Assembly: GCA_004431415.1 (NCBI GenBank)
Contig: QPMI01000062.1
Span: 434,001 to 498,000 of the forward strand
DNA from: Cyanophora paradoxa CCMP329
Lineage: Eukaryota > Plantae > Glaucophyta
Direction of reading: 5' to 3'
Length of the DNA: 64,000 nt
The first letter of the stretch is position 1, and each line of letters opens with the position of its first letter. Both the position numbers and the translations under genes were made by a program. Below are positions 36,801-48,400 of the stretch, piece by piece. The notes beneath the pieces are model-generated. The model saw only the letters and a program-made list of their open reading frames with translations. It ran no database searches and was not told the DNA's origin.

Positions 36801-39800
36801 GGAGACGCCGAGCCCGAGCCCGTCGCCCAGCCCGTCGCCGACGGAGACGCCGAGCCCGAGCCCGTCGCCCAGCCCGTCGCCGACGGAGACGCCGAGCCCG
36901 AGCCCGTCGCCCAGCCCGTCGCCGACGGAGACGCCGAGCCCGAGCCCGTCGCCCAGCCCGTCGCCGACGGAGACGCCGAGCCCGAGCCCGTCGCCCAGCC
37001 CTCGCCGACCGAGACGCCGAGCCCGAGCCCGTCGCCCAGCCCGTCGCCGACGGAGACGCCGAGCCCGAGCCCGTCGCCCAGCCCGTCGCCGACGGAGACG
37101 CCGAGCCCGAGCCCGTCGCCCAGCCCGTCGCCGACGGAGACGCCGAGCCCGAGCCCGTCGCCCAGCCCGTCGCCGACGGAGACGCCGAGCCCGAGCCCGT
37201 CGCCCAGCCCGTCGCCGACGGAGACGCCGAGCCCGAGCCCGTCGCCCAGCCCGTCGCCGACGGAGACGCCGAGCCCGAGCCCGTCGCCCAGCCCGTCGCC
37301 GACCGAGACGCCGAGCCCGAGCCCGTCGCCCAGCCCGTCGCCGACGGAGACGCCGAGCCCGAGCCCGTCGCCCAGCCCGTCGCCGACGGAGACGCCGAGC
37401 CCGAGCCCGTCGCCCAGCCCGTCGCCGACGGAGACGCCGAGCCCGAGCCCGTCGCCCAGCCCGTCGCCGACGGAGACGCCGAGCCCGAGCCCGTCGCCCA
37501 GCCCGTCGCCGACCGAGACGCCGAGCCCGAGCCCGTCGCCCAGCCCGTCGCCGACGGAGATGCCGAGCCCGAGCCCGTCGCCCAGCCCGTCGCCGACGGA
37601 GATGCCGAGCCCGAGCCCGTCGCCCAGCCCGTCGCCGACGGAGACGCCGAGCCCGAGCCCGTCGCCCAGCCCGTCGCCGACCGAGACGCCGAGCCCGAGC
37701 CCGTCGCCCAGCCCGTCGCCGACCGAGACGCCGAGCCCGAGCCCGTCGCCCAGCCCGTCGCCGACGGAGACGCCGAGCCCGAGCCCGTCGCCCAGCCCGT
37801 CGCCGACCGAGACGCCGAGCCCGAGCCCGTCGCCCAGCCCGTCGCCGACGGAGACGCCGAGCCCGAGCCCGTCGCCCAGCCCGTCGCCGACGGAGACGCC
37901 GAGCCCGAGCCCGTCGCCCAGCCCCTCGCCGACCGAGACGCCGAGCCCGAGCCCGTCGCCCAGCCCCTCGCCGACGGAGATGCCGAGCCCAAGCCCGTCG
38001 CCCAGCCCGTCGCCGACGGAGACGCCGAGCCTGAGCCCGTCGCCCAGCCCGTCGCCGACGGAGATGCCGAGCCCAAGCCCGTCGCCCAGCCCGTCGCCGA
38101 CGGAGACGCCGAGCCTGAGCCCGTCGCCGCAGCCGTTCAACAGTTCTCTCATGAACCGGCCTACTCCCTCTCCACTCCCTGTACTGAACGATCTCGGCGA
38201 CTCCCCCGCTGAACTCACGCCCGTCTCTCCGTCCCCCTCTATCCAGCTGTCTCCTTTGCCCCTGCCGGCATCACTCCCTTCTCCACTCCCCTCGCCCCCG
38301 CCGGCTTCCCGCCCGATCCCGTCTCCCATCGCCGCGCCCTTGCCCCAGCGAGAGGTCGCAGCTGCTGCGTTGCCCTCCGCCGGCGTGGCGGCTGCAATCG
38401 CCGAGAACGGTGCGTCCCGGCCCCCGCCTCCGCTGCCATATGCGCCCCCTGCCGTCGTTGCCATATGCTTTATGATCAGTTCCTCGCCCCGCGCAGCGGG
38501 CCCCGTGGGGACGTCCCTCTCCGTCGGAGCGGCCCTCGCGCTCGCCTCCTCCGCCGCCGGCGGGCTCCTCGGCGGCGGCGCCGGCGCCGCGGCGGCCTCG
38601 TCGGCTCTGGCGGCGGCGCTGGGGGCTTCGGCGTCGGGGCGGGGCGGGGGCGGCCTGGCTGCTGCTGGCGAATGTGCAGTGGGTGGCGATGACGGCGGAC
38701 ATGGACGCGGCGCTCCTCACGCCCGCCTACAAGGCCTTCGCCGACTCCCTCTCCTGGTCCCTCCTCTCCTTCCCGGGCTTCCCCATCCCCCCGCCCGCAC
38801 CTGCCCCCACGCCCGCCCCCGCCCCGGCGCCGGCTCGCCGGCGCCTCGCATCTGCTGCGGAGGGGCAGGAGGCGGAGGCGGAGGCAGAGGCGGCGAGGGC
38901 CCTCGTCCGCTGGCTCAACAACGCCGTCACGGTCCGCCCCCCGCCGCCGCCCCGCTGCGAACCTCTCTGACGTCCGCGCCCCGCCCCGTCCCCGCCCCGG
39001 CCCCCGCCAGACCCTCCTCCTGCTCGCAGCCGTGCCGGCCCTCCGGCCCCTCGCCACCGGCCTCGTCCGCGCGTGGCGCCGGCGCGCCGCGCGCCGCAAA
39101 GGCCGCGAGCCCGACATGACCGTACCCCCCGCCCTCTGCTTCCCCCGCACCGAGCTGCTGCTGGCCGTTGCGCTGTACCCCGGCGTCTGCCTGGCCTCGA
39201 CGGCCGTGTTCCGCTCGGGTACCCCCGCGCAGGTCGCCGCGGCCGCCGTCTACGTCGTGCGCTCCCACCCACCCCTCCCCCCCCCCCCCCCCTCCCCCTT
39301 CCGCCCCCTCTCCGCCTTCCCAGCTGACGTGCGGGGCAGGCGGTGCTGCCCGGGGGCTTCGCGGCATGCGTCGCCCTCTTCCTCGCCCGCCGCGTCGGCC
39401 GCGGCGGCGGCGCGCGCTTCGAGGAGGCGCCCCGCCCGCCCGGCCGGCGAGCCGGAGACGGGCCGGGGAGGGACGAGCTCGAGGAGGGGAGCGGGCGGGG
39501 CCGGAGCGGGCGCGCCACGCCCGGCGGGGCGGTCAAGATTCCCTCGGGGAGGCTAAAGGCCCGAGCCCCGCGCTGCAGCTGCGGGCGGCCGTGGCGGCCG
39601 CCCTGCGGCGCGCCGCCGCCGCCGCCGGCCCGTCGAGGGCCGCGGCGCGGCGTACGCGGTGGGGCACGACGAGCAGGAGAAGGGGGGAGACTCGAGCTCG
39701 GAGCCCGAGCCGCCCGCCGGTGGCTACGCCTCCGCCCCCTACGCCTTCCCGCGCCCGGGGCCCCCTGCTCGACCTGGCGGCCCCGCCGCCCCCCGAACCA

Positions 39801-41276
39801 GCGGACCGCGGACGGCGCGCTCCGTCACGGGGCCGCGGGGCCGGCGCGTCGTCGACCTGGACGGCAGGCCCGCGCGCCCCGCTCGCCACAAGCCCGCCCC
39901 GCCTCCAAGGGCTCGCCCCCGGCTCCTCCCGCCGCGGCCTCGGGCGCGTGCACCCGCACGCCGTCGTCGACGACGAGCTCGGGCGCCCCTCTCGCCGGCC
40001 TGCATCGTCCTCCCCGCCTCGCCCTCGCCCTGGAAGCCCGCCTCGCCCTCGCCCTCGCCCTCGGCCGCCTCCACGCCCCTCGCCACGGCCGCGCCCGCGA
40101 CGGCCCGCGGCGGACCGCCTCAGGCGCGCCGCTGCCCGCGCGCGCGCCGCCGCCGCCGCCGCCGTCGGCCCTGGTGCGCGGCTTCTGCATGCGCACCGCC
40201 CCGTACCGCCTGACCCGTAGCCGACGCCCTCGCAGCTGGGATCTGGAAGCTGGGTGGAGAAGAGCCCGAGGGGGAGGATGATCATGACGCCGGGCGACGG
40301 GTGCGCGGCGAGGGGCGAGGGAGCAGCGGAGCCGGCGGGCCCCTGCACGGGGTCCTCCGCGACCTCCCCGACCCGACCCTCGCCCACTGGCGCGCCCCCG
40401 AGCCGGCCCCTCCCCGGCGCCCCCGCGCCCGACGCCCCGCCCGCCTCCGGGCCCCATCGTGCGGGAGTGGTGGACGGACGCGCACGGCCCCGCGGCCGGC
40501 GATCCGGGCGGCTGGCCCCGGCGCCGCAGCTCGGGCGCGAGCGACGAGGCGGCGGCGGCGGCGGCAGGTCGCCCGTCGAGCTCTCTCGCGGGGCGCCTCG
40601 CCGGGGCGCTGCGGGGGGCTCTGGGGCGGGCGGGGGGGCGGCGCGGGGCCCCGCCGCCCTGCGCGCCGCCGCCTTTCTCTTCGAGCCCTACCGCTTCGCC
40701 CGGGGCGCCTACCTCTACGGCGGTGAGCGTACCCCCCCCCCACCCTCCCTCCCCCCCTACCCCCTTCCGGGAGCCAAACGGCGCCGGCAGCCGTGCAGCA
40801 GGCACGGTTCCTGTGCCTCTGCCTGGCGATCTTCGCGGCGCGGGCCCGGCGGCGCAGGCGGCGGCGCTGGTGGCCGTGGAGGCGGCGGCGCTGCTCTTCG
40901 TCCTGCGCGCCCGCCCGCACCGCGTGCGCGCCCACGACGCCGTCGCTCTCGCCGCCTCGGCCGCCCAGCTCGCCTTCTACGGCGCCGCCTACGCCCGCGC
41001 GGCGGGGCGTTGGGCGAGGCGGCGGCCTCGGCGGCCCTCGTCCTCTCCGCCCTCGCCGTCGCCGCCGTCCTCGTCGCCGCCTCCGCCCTCCAGCAGGCCG
41101 CCGCCGCCCTCCGCCGCCTCGCCGCCCTCGCCCACCGCCTCGCCCCCGCCCTCCGCCCCCGCTCAAACGTTGTAGATCTGCACCCCTCCCCCGCCGCCGT
41201 CGCCCCGCCCCCGGGGCGCCTCGTGCCTGCGGCCATGGCCAGTGGCGGCGCTGTCCGTGGACAATGTCAAGCGTGA
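33850..41276 (+). CDS. Large cell-surface protein: signal peptide, NHL beta-propeller, FN3 domains, ~500-aa Ser-Pro stalk, multi-pass C-terminal membrane region
   Basis: Hydrophobic [20 protein letters not shown]-like [25 protein letters not shown] and [36 protein letters not shown]3 [47 protein letters not shown]. Repeat stalk, then hydrophobic helices. Start and 3' frames are uncertain. Confidence 0.7.
36598..38128 (+). repeat. 42-bp coding tandem repeat, ~36 near-perfect units encoding [14 protein letters not shown]
   Basis: Unit ccgagcccgagcccgtcgcccagcccgtcgccgacggagacg. First TET codon at 36631, last at 38100 (35 periods minus 1 nt). Confidence 0.97.
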
Positions 41277-42420
41277 TCACGCGTGGTCATGAGCGCTCGC
41301 TATAGCTGGCCGTGCAGCTGCAGGTGGCGGGGTGATCATGATGGCCGCGGGTCGACGTCGGAGCCTGATCATCGGATTATGAATCGGATCATCGGAGATT
41401 CCGGACCCGTGGTCGTGACTCGCGGTTCGATGCGTTAACTGGTAACGTTCGAGGACGTGGACATGATGATCTAGGGAGTATGTAGCTTTCAGGTTTAAAT
41501 TTGCCCTGCCCTAGGCCTGCCCCAGGCCACCAGGCCTCAAAGCACCGCAGCACAGCGCATGCAGATCTAGATCACGTGCCTCTATATAGCCGCTGAGCTA
41601 TGGCCATGTGCACGCCAAAATGGAGCTCGATCATCGCGATCGGATCGCAAGGCCCTCATGATCATGATCATGGCAAGATCATGATCAGGGGCCCTGCCAG
41701 GCTGCAGTGCCACATGCGCATGCCATGATGTCGCAGTGTAAATGCACGTGACGGTACAGTACTACGGTACTGACGGATCCGGAGCCCCGGGGGCATGATC
41801 AAATGCATGCATGATCATGAAGAAGCGCCTGAGCACTGTGATATCCCCGACCCCAATGACCGCATACGTACGTATACGTGTGTGATCGACTCCAGATCTA
41901 GATCTAGACTCTCTGAGATATGCTTCGAGCAACCACTCTGCGGCTCCGCGAGCTCTGGCTGCTTCTAGAGATATATCGATCTGCAGCTGAAGCCCCGGGG
42001 GTCTTCTAGAGAAATTCTCATGATCAGAGTCTGCCTGTTTCGCGATCGCGTTTTTTCAAAAACACCCGTGATCGTGAACATGATCATGACTCAGTGAGAG
42101 CTATATTAATTGCAATTGCAGTAAGATTTCAATAACAGGTACATAAGCATACGTATTGCTTTGCGGTCGATTTCAAAATGGCAAGGTCAACTAGGGAAGA
42201 CCTACACATGTGCATGAAAGCCACGCATACTATGATATGGCAAACTAGGGAAGATCTACACGCAAGAAAAAAGGACTGCACTATCGCCAGCTAGAGGGCT
42301 GTGCTTCTAGATTTTCAGCTTTAAAAGGTAAAAAGTTCAATACGCCTAGGCGACATAGACGGTAGCTCATATATGCAATTACTAAGTTAGAATAGGAACT
42401 TAGAAAGACTAGAAGCGGAT
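41271..42420. other. Lower-GC intergenic spacer densely packed with short perfect palindromes
   Basis: gcgtgatcacgc, catgatcatgatcatg, atacgtacgtat, agatctagatctaga, cgcgatcgcg, aattgcaattgca and many 6-mers. Confidence 0.85.
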
Positions 42421-45400
42421 TAAAGGTGGACGTGGATGGCGGGCGCGGCTGCCTCGGCGTCGTCCTTGCCGGCGGCCGTGCCGGCGGCAGCGGCGGCGGC
42501 GGCCGGCGGCTGCCCGAGCAGGCTGCCGCTGCCGCTGGCGCTGGCGCTGCCCCCGCTCGCGATCGACGCGGACCGGGAGCCCGAGAGGTCGATGAGCGAC
42601 ACGGGCCTCGCGGGGAGGTTCGGGATGGGGAGCGTCGCGCTCGCGATGTTGTACGCGTAGCGGGTGCTGGGGCCGGGGCTCACGGGCTGCCGGGCGGCCG
42701 ACGGGGGCAGGGAGACCATGGATCCGGATCGAGAGCGCGGGAGGACGTGCGCTCCAGCGCGGGGCGAGGTCGAGCTCGCGCCCGGGCCCGCCGCCGCCAG
42801 CGACACGTGCACGGAAGACGGGGAGAGCGGCTGCGACTGCAGGGCGCCCCTCGACGCGGGGCCGCCCCCGCCCTCCTTCGCGTCGTAGATGTCGATGACG
42901 CCGTCGTTGTCCAGGCTCTCGACGTTGCTCGTGCTCCACCGCCGGTGCATCCGCGGGGCCGCCGAGCCGGGTCTCGGGGGCGACGCGCCGCTCGGCCCGC
43001 TCGGCGTCAGGCTGCCGAAGGAGGCGGCGTGCGCCTTGAGCGCGCCGGGCGCCTGCGGCTTCGCGTGCCCCGCCTCGCTCGAGCTCGCGACGGAGGCGGC
43101 GGAGCTCGAGGAGCCCCCGAGCGTGTCGCGCGACGACTGCCGGCCCGCCAGCCGGTTCTGCGAGCCGCGCCAGCTTAGAGCTGCACAGTCACACGCAAAG
43201 AACGGAGTGGGATCGCACCTTCATGAAGTACTGGGCGGTGAGGAGGGCGACCGCGATCTGGCCGCCGACCTGCCGCGAGCCGCCCGTTCAGGTGGGGAGA
43301 GGGGCGAGGGGAGCTGCGGCGCGCGGACCCCGATGGCGGTCTGCGTGAGGGCCGACAGGTCCGCCAGCATGTCGGCGATGGAGGCCTTCACCTTGCGGTA
43401 CACCTGCCGCCCCGCGCCGTCAGCCGCCGGCGCGCGAGAGTCGAAGAGAGCCCCAGCGAGGCGCGCCATGACGTAGATGTTGTCGACGTTGAAGAGGACG
43501 CGGAAGTTCACGGACTCCCCGGCGCACTCGGGGTCCGAGAGCGGCTTCGTGAACGAGCAGAGGGCCTGGCGGCGGCGGGCGGGGCATGAGCGTAAGCACA
43601 ACCGGCCGCGGTCCTTGCGGCTGGAGACGCTGCAGAGACGCACGAAAGATGCCTCGCCCTTTTCGGTCGCCCGGTTGTCCGCGAGGCGCAGCGCCGCGTC
43701 GTACCGCGGTGTCCCGTCACGCTCGTCCTGCACGCGTTCCACCAACGTCAAAGCGCGGTCGGATGCTCGCGCGAGTGCCCAGGCCGTACCTCGAAGTGCA
43801 GCGGAAACAGAGACACGGGAACGGTGACCGGGGCTGTGCCGCGGAAGACGGAGAACTCGGCTTGCGAGGAGGGCACGATGACCCCCTCGATGGACAGGTT
43901 GGACGGGACCTGCGTGCACATCAGCGAGCGCGCGATTTCGCCTCTCTCGGCGCTACGGACGTGTATGGCGTAGTTGACGGCGACGGCCAACGCGAGGCGC
44001 GTCACGAGGCGGAAGTCGACCGTGACGTTGCTGGCCGCCAGCAGGCGGCACCTGCTGCAACGCCAGCTGACTCTGCACGCGCACGCACGCGTGAGGAACC
44101 GCAGCGGCGGCAAAGATCTAGACACGAATGGCGGGATGGACGGACAGGCAAGTGCGGCGAGAGGCGATGTAGCTCGCTTCGGCGGTGGGCGGGGGCGAGC
44201 CGTCGACGGGCCCGATCCCCGAGACGAACACGTCGACTCCGGCGCGCCCGTCGAAGCGGGACCGCGACGCGTTGCCGGCGCTCTCCCCAGCTCGTTGCAC
44301 GAGCTGGCAGGGGCCTGACCGCGGGCGACGCGCGTCAGAGAACGGCGGAAGTGCGGTTGGACGAGCGCGGTCGCGATCACCCGAGAAGCCGGTGAAGAAC
44401 GCTGTGACGTTGAGGGGGCCGGCGATGTCTGCCGCCGAGGGCGACGCCCCCGGCTGGAGCGTCTGGATGATGCTGAAGTTCGCGATGGACTGCGCACGAA
44501 TGTCAATTCACCGCCAAGGTCGGCGCCGGCGGCGCGGATCCGGATCGCGCGCGGCGCGGGGCGGAGCGCACAAACTGGAGGAGCACGTAGCCGGCGGCGA
44601 TGGCGGCGAGGCCGATGCCGACCATCGTGAAGACGACGCCGTACACCGTCGCCCGCTCCTCCTCCTCCGCCGCCTCTTCCTCCGCCTTCTTCGCGGCGTC
44701 GTCCGCGGCCGGCTCCCCGAGCTTGGCCTGCTGCTGCTGGCGCTTCGCGGCGATCTGACCCGTGTACAGCCGGTCGAGCTTCAGGATCTGCCGTGGCCAC
44801 CCGGCGCCCGCATTCGTTAGCAGGCGCAGCGTTACAAACGCTGGGCTGGCGTACACGCTCGGCTCGACGCTTCTTGCGCTCGTCGCGCTCAATGTGACGC
44901 TCCGAAGGCGCCACCGCCAGGGGGACCTGTGCGGGGTTCGTTCCCAAGAACGACATCGCGCCCGGCACCTCGCGGTCGTGTTGAGCGCACCTTCAAGTAA
45001 GAGTACAGGCACATGCCAGCGAGAATCAAAACGACGCCCACACACGAGACCAGCAGCGCGAAAATCTGCAGCGTTGCACAGTTTGCGAAATTACAACTAA
45101 GGTGAAATCTGGATCTGCGCTGGTCGTAAGCTCCGCACCCGGTAAAGGCGCTGCTTTGCGACCTCCTCCGTGCTAATTTCCTGTTGATCGAAAGCATCAA
45201 GGCATCATCTCCACGATTGACAAACAGCACTTGGGACCGCGCACCGGTCGGACGATGGTGGCCGAGTTTGTGTCGTATCTGCGTAACGTATTGAGTCACA
45301 ACGTGAACTTTCATGAGCACATATGCATGCAGCGATAATTTCGCACGTCACGTTCTCCCTCGTGAATTTCATCTCCTGCTCGTCGCTTGCGAGACGCTTG

Positions 45401-48400
45401 AAGAAGTCGCCAGCGCCCAGCAGCCGCCTAGTTGCCAGCAGGCCCCGCCGCCGCGCCGCTCCTGGCTGCGCGGGCTCCAGACCGGCGGCCGCCGCGGCGA
45501 GGGCGTCCGCGATGGTCTGCGAGATGAGCGCCTTGAAGTCGGAGACGTCGATCGGCTCGGACGTCGCGACGGGGCACAGCTGCGTGGACGAGCACGGGGC
45601 GCAGGCGGTGGATCCCGCAGTCGCCGCGAAGGTCCCGGACGGGCTGCGCAGCGTCAGCCCGCCGCGTGCAGGGGCCCGCAGAGCAGAGGCGCGGGCGGCC
45701 GCGGACCAGGGCTCGCAGTAGGACAGCGACGCGTTCCTGTAAGTCCCCTTCGCACAGACCTGCCCGCCCCGATCCATGATCAGCGCCGGGGCAAAACTCC
45801 GGCTAGCACCGCCTGACCTCGCAGAACGTCTGAGACTCGTCCGACTGGGGAACGGAAGAAACCAGTTAGCACTTGGACAGACAAACGAGCGCTGCGCGGG
45901 GCAGCGAGGCCAAAACAAATGCGACCCACCACAGAGCCTTCCGGACTGCGCAAATAAAAACACGGGCACGTGAGCGAACGCGATTTCCGAAGCACGAGGA
46001 GCATTGAACGCGACAGGGCAGCTCACCACACGGTGCAGCCGGTGGATCCCGCTTGCGAGATGGTGTTCAGGGGGCATTGGAGGCACACGTCGCTGCCCGC
46101 CGGCAGATACATCGACGAGGGGCACGGAAGGCACTCTGTGCGGCTCTCGTCCGATATCGATCCGGCAGGACAGCGGGTGCACGTCACGTCTGCAAGGCCG
46201 GTTCAGCAGGGATTCTTCAGAGCATGCGCAAAAGCATGATGTCGACGATCGTGAATCGAAAGTGCGGACCCCCAGCTGCTGAGGTCGTTCGGGGCGGGCA
46301 CTGTGCACACACGCCCTCGCTGGGGTACGTTCCCGCCGCGCAGTCTGCGAAGAGAAACGCGAGCATCGATATCCTGCGCATATATAGCTCGACAGTGAGG
46401 CTGCTGGCGCAAGCATACCCTTGCAGTCCGCGCGGTCGTCCCTCGGCACTTTCCCCAACGGACTGGCCCCCGAAGTCAGTTGCGAGTTCACGACCTCCGG
46501 GAACTGATGCACAGGCGCACCACTGCTCGCACTCGCCGGTGCCTGGTGACCGCGAGACGGTCCCAGGACCGCACGGAATGCACCCTGTGCTGTTGCTGTA
46601 CAGCGGCCTGTAGAAACCCTGCAAAGCGAAACAGGAATTAATTTCGAAAGGCAATAGAAACTGGCCATGGGACCAATTGAGAAAGCGCTAGCTGCGAGCA
46701 TTTCACAGCCGCACCATTGCGCAGGGCTCGCAAACGCGGCGGTTCGTCGATGCGGTGTACCCGGCACCGCATGGGGTACACTCGAATCCAGTTCCAGGAT
46801 CAGGCGCGATGAAGTTCTCGGGACACTGGAACGTTAACGGCCGTGTCACTCAGGGCACAGGCGACCGCCACGGAATCTTCAGATTGCCGCGCACCCTGAC
46901 GCAGGTCTGCGTGCCCTCCGCCATGAAGGTCCCTGGCGTGCACGGGATGCACTCGCTCGAGTCCTCGGACGCGTAGGAGCCGAGATCGCAGAGCTGGCAC
47001 GTCTGCGAGCCCGCCGGCGCCCACGTTCCAATGCGGCAGGGCAGGCAGATGTTCATGTTCCGCGGCTTGAACGTGCCCGCTTGGCACGCGGTGCAGCGCG
47101 TTCTGCGGGCGGGCGCGTCGGTGGAAAGTAGAGGGCGGTGTATGCAGTTGTTTCCGCAAAGAAAGCTCAATCCAGAATGCATGCGATTTATCTCGGGCGT
47201 TGGCTCACCGGTCGCCGTTCGAGATCTCGCCGGGAGCACACGACCTGCACTCGACTGCTCCCCGGTCTTCGGCAACTGTCCCCTCCTCGCAGAGCCGGCA
47301 TGTCCGCGTGCCGTTCGCCTCCGCAGACCCAGGAGAACACGGGAGGCAGGTCACGCGATCTTCGGTAGACTCGGTCCCTGGCGGACTGCGAGACGAGTTA
47401 GCGCTTCCAGAAGTATTGCTATGAACGTGCATTCGCACGCGGACCAGAGATCGCATTCGGCACGACCGGGCGCAGTGGCATAATAGGACTTGAAGCACGA
47501 GCGACAGACGGTGCCATTTGCAGGCCTTGCAGTACCGCTTGGGCACGGTGTGCAGGCTTGACGCGTCTCGTCCGCGACAAAGCCGGGCTCGCTGTGAAAC
47601 AAATCAATCGCAATATTATCGTCCCAAAGAATATTTATGAATGCATTCCGGGTCCTCACATACCATTCCTGACATGTAACCGATCCAAGTAGAGGTGCGT
47701 ACGTGTTTCCGACGCAGTCGCGGCACCGCCAGTCCCTCTCGTACGTGCCCCGAGGGCACGGGAGGCATGTCGCCAGGTCGTCGCTTGGGACCGTGCCTCT
47801 CGCGCAGACGGTGTAGTTTCTGGATGCTGCTGGCGCCGCTGCCCCTACCGGCACGCGCTGGCACGACAGCAGCGGCGCGTGCCTGTAGGTGCCCGCCAAG
47901 CACGCTGCACGGGGGCATCGTCAGCGTGCTGTCATCATTCGCGACCGTGCCGCGCATGGGCGCACGCGTGCAGCTCTGCCTGTCTGCCGCGGCCTCGTAG
48001 CCCTCCGGGCAAGTCTCGCACTGGTCCTTTCCTGGGTCGGACGTGATCGTGTTCGGCGGGCACGACAGGCACTGGTCCTCCAGCTGGTAGCTTCCCGCCC
48101 GGCATTCCACGCAGTCCGACCGGATCGCTGACGGTACCGTTCCGTTGCTGCACACCTCGTAGACGGCGGAGCCCTGCTTGGCGGCCGCACGGGCCGGCAC
48201 GGGGGTGCACTGAGACAGGTTCGCAGAGCGGTATGTGCCGTAAGGGCAGGGATCACAGGACTGCTGGTCGGCCGATGCCGCGTAGCCCGGGTCGCATGGC
48301 GTGCATTGCGCTGCGCCCAAGCTGCTCACGATGGAGTTCATCGGACACTGGAGGCAGCTGTCATCAAGTTGGAACAGGCCTGCAGCGCAGAAAATCAAAA

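Noticed and set aside
36598-38128. 42-bp array as a CRISPR array
   Set aside because: No unique spacers and no cas genes; the unit is a multiple of 3 and in frame with an FN3 exon in a eukaryotic gene.
36544-38464. Antisense and alternate-frame repeat proteins ([20 protein letters not shown], poly-Arg, [10 protein letters not shown])
   Set aside because: Automatic by-products of a stop-free tandem repeat; only the Ser-Pro frame connects to the flanking domains.
42040-42050. GCGATCGC (cyanobacterial HIP1) as evidence of plastid-derived DNA
   Set aside because: Only scattered occurrences, among many other palindromes, and no cyanobacterial-type genes nearby.
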